A stretch of DNA of 64,000 bases, taken from positions 5,248,001 to 5,312,000 of the forward strand of contig CAVUSO010000001.1 in the NCBI GenBank assembly GCA_963744145.1, read 5' to 3'. Source of the DNA: an uncultured cyanobacterium. GTDB lineage: Bacteria > Cyanobacteriota > Cyanobacteriia > Cyanobacteriales > CAWUOF01. Each line of letters opens with the position of its first letter. Position 1 is the stretch's first letter. Both the position numbers and the translations under genes were made by a program. Below, in pieces: positions 1-8,799 of this stretch. The notes beneath the pieces were generated by a model. The model saw nothing but the letters and a program-made list of their open reading frames with translations, ran no database searches and was not told the DNA's origin.

Positions 1-1
1 A

Positions 2-91
2 TATCAGGATTATTGTTTGATTACTGTATTTGATCAAGCTGTAGAAACGACTCTGACAAGTCAAGGTTTTAAGAGTGTATGGCCATGTTGA
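2..91 (+). CDS. 3' end of a gene entering the window (YQDYCLITVFDQAVETTLTSQGFKSVWPC*); possibly a Cas RAMP (Cmr1/Cmr6-like)
   Basis: Open frame from the window edge to TGA at 89-91, just upstream of the CRISPR leader; identity is only a guess from context. Confidence 0.35.
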   Translation, partial: YQDYCLITVFDQAVETTLTSQGFKSVWPC

Positions 92-149
92 AAAATCAGG
101 CGATCGATCTTTATAGTGTACTAAAGTGCGCTTCCACCTATCCTCAATT

Positions 150-338
150 TCCCCAAATTGCGAGGCTGACGAAAAATGGCTGAAACAACGCAAATTGGTT
201 CTAAGCTTCGCTACCTTACGGAGCATGGGTTTCAGGCGTTTAGACAGGTGCAAGTAAGGAGGTTTGTATTAACAAAATCGGTCAGCCTCGCAAACTGCCT
301 CTGGACATCAGGCAGGATAAGAGGTTGAATAGGGGTAG
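150..338 (+). promoter_or_regulatory. CRISPR leader
   Basis: Non-coding stretch directly before repeat 1; contains a perfect 13-bp inverted repeat (TTGCGAGGCTGAC 158-170 / GTCAGCCTCGCAA 281-293); repeats end in GAAAC on + and degenerate at the far end. Confidence 0.75.
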
Positions 339-1749
339 GTAGCGACCTTCATTAGAAGGTAAAGGTGTTGAAACTGCCACCAAAATTGGTATTAGCTGAA
401 TCAGACGGATTAGGTAGCGACCTTCATTAGAAGGTAAAGGTGTTGAAACCCAAGACTGCTTTATGGTGGATAAAAGCATCAGAAATATGTAGCGACCTTC
501 ATTAGAAGGTAAAGGTGTTGAAACTGCCAGCATTATTAAAAACAACAATATATAACTCAGGTAGCGACCTTCATTAGAAGGTAAAGGTGTTGAAACGCAT
601 CTGCCGGAGTTTAGAAAATGGTTGAGATTAACATAGTAGCGACCTTCATTAGAAGGTAAAGGTGTTGAAACGCATCAGACCACACTACATCAGCAGGATT
701 AGTAACCGTAGCGACCTTCATTAGAAGGTAAAGGTGTTGAAACAATTCCTCCATAATTGAATATTCTTGGAAATCCTCGTAGCGACCTTCATTAGAAGGT
801 AAAGGTGTTGAAACTGTCACGAGACTGGTACTTACCATAAACGTTGTCATGTAGCGACCTTCATTAGAAGGTAAAGGTGTTGAAACCTTATCGAAGTCGT
901 CAGGTAGGATTGAAGTCTCAAAAACGTAGCGACCTTCATTAGAAGGTAAAGGTGTTGAAACCATCCTTTTTAATTCCTTGTTTGTTTAATTCGGTGTATA
1001 GTAGCGACCTTCATTAGAAGGTAAAGGTGTTGAAACAATTTAACAAAATTTTCTTTGTGTTCATCGGTTAGGTAGCGACCTTCATTAGAAGGTAAAGGTG
1101 TTGAAACTAAACAAAAATGTCCAATAAATATAAATTTTAACGTCACTTGTAGCGACCTTCATTAGAAGGTAAAGGTGTTGAAACCTATGGGTAAAGGAAA
1201 ATCGACCCCATTATGGAACTGGTAGCGACCTTCATTAGAAGGTAAAGGTGTTGAAACATAAAATGTAATTGCGTTTTTGGTTTCTTTTTAGGCTTAGTAG
1301 CGACCTTCATTAGAAGGTAAAGGTGTTGAAACCGTAAATTAGGATTTACATGGATTTCTCCTTGATGTGTAGCGACCTTCATTAGAAGGTAAAGGTGTTG
1401 AAACTATATAGCTATATATGTCTTTCCCCCTCCAGTAAAGTAGCGACCTTCATTAGAAGGTAAAGGTGTTGAAACAAGATTTCCTTGGAATGTTTATACT
1501 GCTCATAAGTAGTAGCGACCTTCATTAGAAGGTAAAGGTGTTGAACCCGTTAAAATGCCCTATACACCTATAGAATTACCAGGTAGCGACCTTCATTAGA
1601 AGGTAAAGGTGTTGAAACAAGAACAAGGTTTAAGAAAGAATTTATATCTAGAAGGTAGCGACCTTCATTAGAAGGTAAAGGTGTTGAAACTCTTTCTGTA
1701 CTACATCAAATACAAGAATCTCTTTACTGTAGCGACCTTCATTAGAAGG

Positions 1750-3206
1750 CAGGGTAAGAGCATCTCAATTAGGCTTGACACAAGGATTAAGAAGGATCTA
1801 ATGTAGACTCAGAGAAACAAGAAAGGAGGATTTGGAGCATATAATTATTATCCATAGCAGCGCGTTTACTTTTCTGGCGTAAACTGCGTTTGTAAGTTGA
1901 CTCGCGATTAAGAGCGTTGAGAGCTAATCGTCTGAGCAGAGAAAAGTTACGAGGACTGTGAAAAGAACGAATGCGACAGCTATCTTCAAAAAAAGTACAA
2001 TCTAAAGTCCAGTGTGCAGAATTTTCGATTTCCCAATGTTGACGAATAGCTCGACCTATGAATTCAGCATTGTTGTCTAAAGAAGTAAGATAGTATTGAG
2101 TCTCGCAAGTAGTTTTGTTCCAAAGATGACGGATACGATGAATGATGACAATACTTTTTAAACCTGCCCATAATTTGGGTTGGTAAAGGTCAGGAATGGC
2201 CGTAATAGGGAGCACCCAAACTTCACGAATTTCCACCCGATGATGCCCTTTCTCAATCCGTTTGTCATGAGTGAAATCAATTCCTGAAAAATTATTTTTC
2301 TGTGCAGTTTGGAAGAATTGTTGTACCTGATTATGTAAAGTTGGATGATTGGCTTTAAGTGTCAGAATATAATCAGCTTTTTTATCAATAATCTTTTGAG
2401 CAATTTCGGTTTGGGTCCCCATCGCATCAATAGTAATAATTGAGCCAGCGATATCAAGTAACTCTAGTAATGCTGGAATAGCTGTAATTTCATTGGATTT
2501 ATCTTGGACTTTCATTTGTGCTAAAACTAATCGTTGTTCACTAGCCCACGCACTAATCAAATGTAATGCTGATTGTCCTTGATTTCGGTCATAGGAACCT
2601 CTGACAGTCTTCCCATCTATGGCAATTACTTCTCCTCCCATTTGAGTAACTAAGGTGTTTACCCAAGCTTGAAAACATTGCTCCAATTGGTTGGGGTTAA
2701 TACTTTCAAATACTCGACGAAAGGTATCATCTGAGGGAATACCATTGGGTAATTCTAAAAACTCTTCTAGCCAAATTTGTTTACTAATCCCATAATTCTC
2801 AATGTCTTCCCAGCCTTGTGCTCCAGCTATTATGACCAGAATTGCCATCACTAAAATGTCTATCAATAAGTGTTTTTTTGTTCGGTTTACTCTCGGGTCT
2901 TCAACATCTTCAAAATGCTTGACTAAACTCTGTTGTATTTCCATCAAGTCAGCTACTACTTGGTTTTTCCTAGCAGAATGGGAGTTTTGTTTAGCATTAG
3001 CTATATTGATATCGAACCCTTGAGACATTTGAATATTCCTGGAGATTATGAGTTGGACGGTATAGTTTTTCACCTACCACTCTCTATGCTCTTTTGTCAA
3101 CTATTTTCTCTACCAGATTTGTGATGTTCTGATCTCGATGGCTATATTTCATATTTGATGAAAATATTCTGTATCCTCGGTGACAAAATTAGATGCGCTA
3201 ACCCTG
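1750..3206 (-). mobile_element. ISAs1-family insertion sequence (1457 bp) inside CRISPR repeat 20
   Basis: Terminal inverted repeats CAGGGTAAGAGCATCT / CAGGGTTAGCGCATCT (rc); 10-bp TSD CATTAGAAGG at 1740-1749 and 3207-3216; encodes a DDE transposase. Confidence 0.96.
1787..3028 (-). CDS. ISAs1-family (H-repeat-associated) transposase
   Basis: DPR...KKH, GIPSDDTFRRVF, IAIDGKTVRGS, KSNEITAIP, ITIDAMG, HWEIEN..HW.LD motifs; ORF could extend to 3073. Confidence 0.95.
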   Translation of the reverse strand: MSQGFDINIANAKQNSHSARKNQVVADLMEIQQSLVKHFEDVEDPRVNRTKKHLLIDILVMAILVIIAGAQGWEDIENYGISKQIWLEEFLELPNGIPSDDTFRRVFESINPNQLEQCFQAWVNTLVTQMGGEVIAIDGKTVRGSYDRNQGQSALHLISAWASEQRLVLAQMKVQDKSNEITAIPALLELLDIAGSIITIDAMGTQTEIAQKIIDKKADYILTLKANHPTLHNQVQQFFQTAQKNNFSGIDFTHDKRIEKGHHRVEIREVWVLPITAIPDLYQPKLWAGLKSIVIIHRIRHLWNKTTCETQYYLTSLDNNAEFIGRAIRQHWEIENSAHWTLDCTFFEDSCRIRSFHSPRNFSLLRRLALNALNRESTYKRSLRQKSKRAAMDNNYMLQILLSCFSESTLDPS

Positions 3207-4054
3207 CATTAGAAGGTAAAGGTGTTGAAACATCATTAATTTAATGACCGCTTCTGGAGTTGGGTAATAGTAGCGACCTTCATTAGAAGGTAAAGGTGTT
3301 GAAACAATGTTTTATTGCTATTGTTTTGTTCGGAAGTTCAATGTAGCGACCTTCATTAGAAGGTAAAGGTGTTGAAACTACAGATATCTATATCTAGATA
3401 CTATGGTAGATACCTGTAGCGACCTTCATTAGAAGGTAAAGGTGTTGAAACTTACGGAAATAGGGTTCCGATTGTTCCCCGTATTGAGTAGCGACCTTCA
3501 TTAGAAGGTAAAGGTGTTGAAACTTCATATCCTCTTTAGGAGGTTGAATTGACCAAGGCAGTAGCGACCTTCATTAGAAGGTAAAGGTGTTGAAACTGCG
3601 CGAAATTAACCGCGATTTTTTGAGCAGTTTCTTGTAGCGACCTTCATTAGAAGTAAAGGTGTTGAAACTAGTAGTAGGGTTTTCCCGTCAAAAGATTTTC
3701 TGAAGTAGCGACCTGTAGCGACCTTCATTAGAAGGTAAAGGTGTTGAAACCCTTCATTACTACGCTTCAGAAGTGCAGTAGTATCTAGTAGCGACCTTCA
3801 TTAGAAGGTAAAGGTGTTGAAACACTATTGGCTAAATCTTTGGTTAAGCAATGGAGCATGGTAGCGACCTTCATTAGAAGGTAAAGGTGTTGAAACCAGC
3901 CAATCATCGGATTGCAAGTCTTACCAGTCCATAAAATGTAAAAATGTTGAACCTTTCTAAAGAAAAGCTATATCAATTAGCTATTTGTTGATCGCCACTA
4001 TCAAACTCGTGGCATCGGCACAATCTTAATAAATTAGGCAAAATTGTTATATAT

Positions 4055-4232
4055 CAATACAGTTCAGTTAAGGATGTTTTGGGATATCCCGGCGCAGAAA
4101 AATGGTGAAGTATTCCGATATAATATTAATCATTTTGAATCAATAATTACCGCCCGATGCTGCCTACAGCACGCTAAACGTTCGCGCAGCGTGCCGTAGG
4201 CGATCGCCCCTACAGTTAACTGAACCGTATTG
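4055..4232. mobile_element. MITE (178 bp), resembling the Nezha-type cyanobacterial MITE
   Basis: TIRs CAATACAGTTCAGTTAA / TTAACTGAACCGTATTG; exact 10-bp TSD TGTTATATAT at 4045-4054 and 4233-4242; no ORF. Confidence 0.85.
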
Positions 4233-4363
4233 TGTTATATATCTAGAGGGATTAAATCTCTATACACTTAGAAACAATACAAGGGTAAGAGCCTTTTACG
4301 AACGTAATTTCTGATGCTGCCTTCTCCAGCCTATTAACTAACAAATTTACCGAACCCACTTAC

Positions 4364-4798
4364 TCAAACCTGAGTATTACACTTATGAGCATCTTTCAAC
4401 CGCATTGTCCAAAACTGAATCGTATCGGAAATTTCCATCAACAAATCAGTTAACACAACTTGCTGATTAAAAGTCAAATCTCGAAAGCGATTCTGAAACT
4501 GTTCTGTCGTCATCCTTTCGTTAATTTGCAAATCATTACCGACAATTCTACACAAAACTACCCGCGCTACACCCCAAGCAAAATAACGCTTTTCGTCATC
4601 AGAACCCGTTGCAGCATCGGGCATTCTACCGCCTAATAATGCCTGCGATCGCGACATCGCCCAAAAACGTTCTACACCCCAACTAGCAACATAATCCGCA
4701 ATTCCACTTGCCGCTCCTTGCCAATCCTCTAATTGATTTTCGCCAGGTTTGAGCAATTGAAAAACTTCTCTATCCAATTCATAAGAACTCACTGGCAT
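4364..4798 (-). CDS. cmr5: Type III-B small subunit Cmr5/Cas11-like
   Basis: 144-aa protein directly after cmr4; size and operon position fit the small subunit. Confidence 0.7.
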   Translation of the reverse strand: MPVSSYELDREVFQLLKPGENQLEDWQGAASGIADYVASWGVERFWAMSRSQALLGGRMPDAATGSDDEKRYFAWGVARVVLCRIVGNDLQINERMTTEQFQNRFRDLTFNQQVVLTDLLMEISDTIQFWTMRLKDAHKCNTQV

Positions 4799-4801
4799 AA
4801 A

Positions 4802-5596
4802 TCACTCCTTACTATCAACCAACGCATCAGAAATAATCACCCGTCCATAACCTACACTCCACAATCCTCCAAGATAATGTTCTTGAATTAAAAAATTGTT
4901 CCATTTCTCTAACCCTTCCACGTTTCCCCGTGTAGTCCAAGTAATCATAAACACTGACCCTGGGGGAAAACCTTCAACTGCAAATAAATGGTTGACTAAA
5001 TTTCCTTCTTCATCAGCTTCATCTTTGAGGCTAACTCGCGGTTGTCGTACTAAGCCCATATCGACTATTAAATTAATGCTAGTATCTGGTACAATAATTC
5101 GTCTGTCTTTTGGTATTTCTACTGGCGCTGGCAAATCACCTTTATAATGGCTCACCTGGGTTAACTTTAACCAACGGAGATAAACAGTTTTATTATTAAG
5201 TTGCGAGTCCGTAATGTAAACCTGACTACGCTCATTAACAATATTTAGAAGTGGTTGTTGGGATAATTGGCGAAAGCGATTTAACCAACTCGGACAACTC
5301 ACCCACCAATTACCATATCCCAATACATGAACTGGCCACCACACAGGCCACCCCCAACCCAAAGAAATATAGCCTGGAGAAATATCATTATTCTCACCGC
5401 CAAACCAATTTTTTACGAGTGCTTGATAGTCAGGTTCACTTTTAGCGTGTTCTCGCAACGCCCCCCGCAAAGAACTGCCGGGAATCGCCGGACTGCGATC
5501 GGGTAATCGAAATATAGGATTATTATTACCGCGACTGCTACTATCCGCACCCCCAATATGTACAGGTTCTCGACAAATTAACCATGCAATAGCCAT
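4802..5596 (-). CDS. cmr4: Cas7-group RAMP, Cmr4
   Basis: PVHIGG, P.IPGSSLRGALR, WFGG, WPV motif, C-terminal G-rich loop LGGLWSVGYG. Confidence 0.88.
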   Translation of the reverse strand: MAIAWLICREPVHIGGADSSSRGNNNPIFRLPDRSPAIPGSSLRGALREHAKSEPDYQALVKNWFGGENNDISPGYISLGWGWPVWWPVHVLGYGNWWVSCPSWLNRFRQLSQQPLLNIVNERSQVYITDSQLNNKTVYLRWLKLTQVSHYKGDLPAPVEIPKDRRIIVPDTSINLIVDMGLVRQPRVSLKDEADEEGNLVNHLFAVEGFPPGSVFMITWTTRGNVEGLEKWNNFLIQEHYLGGLWSVGYGRVIISDALVDSKE

Positions 5597-5602
5597 TTAA
5601 AC

Positions 5603-6595
5603 TCACTCCTGAAATAACCACAAATGTCCGTAACCCAAAACGTGGCGGTTGTAGGAATCCCGCACAGGTTCGGATTTCAACAAAGGTACAGTTCCTTCCC
5701 ATAGATACACCGCACCTGCGGGAGTCATCCATTCTCCGGGAGTTAATACCGATACCCGCTTTTCTGGATCGTGACGATCTCTAACTCGTTTCCAAGATTG
5801 CCAGGGAACCCCAGTATCAGCAGCATAAGCTTTGATTGGGAATGGTGGGACGGGACAGGATACTTGGCGATCGCAATGTGTGGCTGATGACATATCGTTC
5901 CGTTGCCACAACGCCCCAGTTAATAAGACTGCACCAGTGGATTTTGTACAATCTACTGTTAACCAATTATCCTTTACTTCTTTTACAGGTGCGATCGCGA
6001 CTGGTGTACCTCCTGCGCCCAAAAAACCCCAGTCAGGTAAAGTGCAATCTCCTATCACCTTCACCAAAATCGACCACCGAGGCAACATTAAAGTGGTCAT
6101 TTCTGCAAAAAAGCCCCCCTCATCTTTAACTTGAAAATCTTCGCGGCTATTGTGACTTAAAGTAAGTGTTTCCCAAGGGAACTTTTTCAGAAGGGGATTT
6201 TTGAACTTTCCTGCCTGCCAAAATACCTTTAAAATATAACCACTAATTAAATATTTGCCACCGATGATTTCAATTGGTTGTGTTTGATGTTCCGATCGCA
6301 CCTGCCATTGTTGATCTCGCCATTGTAATCGAAAAATTTCTTGGGGTAGTTCTTCTGTTTTAGATTCCAACCGATAAACAGGCAAAGGCAATGTAACGTA
6401 AATATCGGTTTCTCCAGCATACCACCAAAATGGCCCCCAAATTTGGCAATTCGATGGTAAATTCAAACAAGCTGCCAGGTGATGACCGTTCGGTGGCCAA
6501 CGACAGCCTACCTGTCCGCTATTTTGTCCTACCGGAGTGAGATTTCCGATCGCTACCGTCCCTGCTGGCGTAATAGAATACCATCCACTCATCAT
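5603..6595 (-). CDS. cmr3: Cas5-group RAMP, Cmr3
   Basis: WYSITP start, WPP motif, PAGAVY and LGYG C-terminal loop; directly follows cas10 with ATGA overlap. Confidence 0.85.
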   Translation of the reverse strand: MMSGWYSITPAGTVAIGNLTPVGQNSGQVGCRWPPNGHHLAACLNLPSNCQIWGPFWWYAGETDIYVTLPLPVYRLESKTEELPQEIFRLQWRDQQWQVRSEHQTQPIEIIGGKYLISGYILKVFWQAGKFKNPLLKKFPWETLTLSHNSREDFQVKDEGGFFAEMTTLMLPRWSILVKVIGDCTLPDWGFLGAGGTPVAIAPVKEVKDNWLTVDCTKSTGAVLLTGALWQRNDMSSATHCDRQVSCPVPPFPIKAYAADTGVPWQSWKRVRDRHDPEKRVSVLTPGEWMTPAGAVYLWEGTVPLLKSEPVRDSYNRHVLGYGHLWLFQE

Positions 6596-8799
6596 TGTCT
6601 CCCTGTTATCAATTCCACCCACTTCTGACGCTGTTGCGCTTGTCTTGCCAAAAAAGCTTTCAGACTAATCCAATTAATCCACCACTGCCAATCTTTGATT
6701 TCAGGCTCAAATTCCGATTTTGCTACATCCAGAACTTGTTGCCAAGTCAGAGAAATTCCAACACTAGCCCACAGAGTTTCAATCAAATCTCTTACTGTCA
6801 AAATAGAAAGCTCTTGCAATCGACTGCTTTCCAAATAAGAAAGTAGTTTTTCCCAGCGATTTAGTTCAGTTTTTTGAGTATTAATTGGTTCCACAGGCAT
6901 CAACAAATTCCATAATGGCCAAGGACAAACCCAATCTAAAGATTGTCCGCTATTAAACAAAACTTTCACACAAACTCGATTTCGCCCTTTATTTTTAGCT
7001 TCCTTATATGCTTGATTCAATCCTCGATGCCACAAAGATTGAGGAATTCTCCGTTGGGCAATTACTAATCCCAAACTGAAATTCATCTTCTTTCCAGGTA
7101 TCGGGTAAATTTGGGAATTGTACTGCACCCAACCATCTACAGGCGGATCTAAAGGTTGTGTTAGGGTTGAAATTTCTCCTGTCCAAAGCGAATGCAAATC
7201 ACTGGTAAGGGAAATGGTTTCAGTTAAGGGTCCTAATAACAGAAAATCATCGCCTCCAGCAAAAATAACTTTACCATGATGAAGTTCTTCTGTTAAAGGA
7301 TAAAGCAATTGATTCCACAATCCAAATAATACCGACAGGTCAAGGATATGGGGTAATTCCATCTGTCTACATTGAGCGGTCGCGATCGCTGGATTAATCG
7401 CTAAATTATGTTGTTTGATCATTTCCGAATTAGGATGCCATCGCGACCAAAGTAATTTTAATGTTTCATATTGTTCTCCCGATAACCACTTGCCCATATT
7501 ATCCCCATCACCACGCCATCCCACAGTCCATTCAATGGTACTTTCCCAACCTTGTCCTACATTGTTTTCCCAATCCTCAATCATTATTTCATCTTCAATA
7601 TTCCGCTGTTCTAAAACTCGCGGATGAGCAAAAGAAGGAGATTGTTTATCTACTTTTGGCATTCCCCAAATATAAATTGGTTTCTTGTTAAGATAATATT
7701 CATGCCAAACTTCAATTTCTTGATTCCATGTATATGCTTCGATAGAAGTTGTCACCCATGCTGCTGCTACTGCTGTTCGATCTGGAAAGCGACCCCAAGG
7801 ACATTCGGGAGGATTATAACCCCACAAACGTTTTAAAGTTTGGTTGATAACTTCTGGAACAGAAGCCAAACGTTTCACTAATTCGATGCTATTAAGACGA
7901 TCTGTAGTGGAAAACAATCCTTGGAATCTACTCCTTTGAGTTGCCCTTTCCCACCAATTATTGATCTGGTCGTCAGGTAATCCCCAAGTTCCACCTTGAT
8001 AAAACAAACGTAAACCGGGATGCCAGATTGACAAACAACCATCGCTCGGACTGGTCCGACCGCCCCACCAAGTACCCGACCATTCTCGACCGATTTTGCG
8101 CGACTCAATTCGCTGATGTAACCTATCAATATCTTCACTGACAGTTGCAATATTAAGAGCAGTTTCTTCAGCGTAAACCGACCAGAGATATTGATTGTCG
8201 GAATGAATAACGCGCCATCCTTGACCACCTAGCAAGTGGGGGTCTTCATCGATTGCAGTATCTTCTAAAGCTTTCAAAAAGCGTCTCCACTCGTTTTTAA
8301 TAACGGCTTCTCTTTCAGCTAACCAATAATCATTATTAGGGTATAATGCGGTAATTACATTAGGTAATTCTGCCTGCCAAAATCTCTCTGAAACTGCATT
8401 ATTTCCGTTTAACCAATTGACTAATTCTGAATTTTGGTGTAAAGGTAGTAAAACTTTACCACCTGCTTCTTCCCAGCGATAAATTAGAACTGCTGAAAGA
8501 TAGTGACATAACCAGGAAGCTACCGCCCAATCTCTCAATCTTTGTCCACCACCTAAAAAGGTTTGTACCGGACCGAATGTTAGTACCGCTACTCGATTTA
8601 AGTTGTCAAAATCGGTTTCAGCAATTTGGTTACAAGCTTCCTGAGATGCCCCACCACCCCACCAAAATTGACTTTGTATATGTTCAGAATCTTGCCATTC
8701 ACCGCTAACTGGATGACAAGACAAGTTAGGGCTTACATCGGGTAAGGGTTGCTGGGGATAAATTTGCTGTTGTTTGGATAACCAGGCTCTTATATTCAT
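6592..8799 (-). CDS. cas10: Cas10/Cmr2, no HD domain, intact Palm2
   Basis: TFGPVQTFL..R..D.AVASW N-terminal motif, DGDNMGKW, FAGGDDFL, AK..GRN; no N-terminal HD region. Confidence 0.95.
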   Translation of the reverse strand: MNIRAWLSKQQQIYPQQPLPDVSPNLSCHPVSGEWQDSEHIQSQFWWGGGASQEACNQIAETDFDNLNRVAVLTFGPVQTFLGGGQRLRDWAVASWLCHYLSAVLIYRWEEAGGKVLLPLHQNSELVNWLNGNNAVSERFWQAELPNVITALYPNNDYWLAEREAVIKNEWRRFLKALEDTAIDEDPHLLGGQGWRVIHSDNQYLWSVYAEETALNIATVSEDIDRLHQRIESRKIGREWSGTWWGGRTSPSDGCLSIWHPGLRLFYQGGTWGLPDDQINNWWERATQRSRFQGLFSTTDRLNSIELVKRLASVPEVINQTLKRLWGYNPPECPWGRFPDRTAVAAAWVTTSIEAYTWNQEIEVWHEYYLNKKPIYIWGMPKVDKQSPSFAHPRVLEQRNIEDEIMIEDWENNVGQGWESTIEWTVGWRGDGDNMGKWLSGEQYETLKLLWSRWHPNSEMIKQHNLAINPAIATAQCRQMELPHILDLSVLFGLWNQLLYPLTEELHHGKVIFAGGDDFLLLGPLTETISLTSDLHSLWTGEISTLTQPLDPPVDGWVQYNSQIYPIPGKKMNFSLGLVIAQRRIPQSLWHRGLNQAYKEAKNKGRNRVCVKVLFNSGQSLDWVCPWPLWNLLMPVEPINTQKTELNRWEKLLSYLESSRLQELSILTVRDLIETLWASVGISLTWQQVLDVAKSEFEPEIKDWQWWINWISLKAFLARQAQQRQKWVELITGRQ

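Larger units (their letters stand above)
339..3896 (+). CRISPR. CRISPR array, repeat GTAGCGACCTTCATTAGAAGGTAAAGGTGTTGAAAC (36 nt), 29 repeats/28 spacers, interrupted by an IS at 1750-3206
   Basis: Repeats counted from 339 to 3861-3896; spacers about 35-41 nt; hairpin ACCTTC-ATTA-GAAGGT; variant repeats at 1512 and 3634; degenerate trailer near 3929-3952. Confidence 0.99.

Noticed and set aside
375..707. Spacers 1/3 both start TGCCA and spacers 4/5 both start GCATC
   Set aside because: Too short and not shared by other spacers; no support for a PAM-like or repeat extension
282..1382. Minus-strand ORFs with repeated VSTPLPSNEGRY / FQHLYLLMKVAT
   Set aside because: Translations of the CRISPR repeat, not genes
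1512..3668. Single-base variants in repeats 17 and 26
   Set aside because: Changes within short homopolymer runs, compatible with ordinary drift or read error
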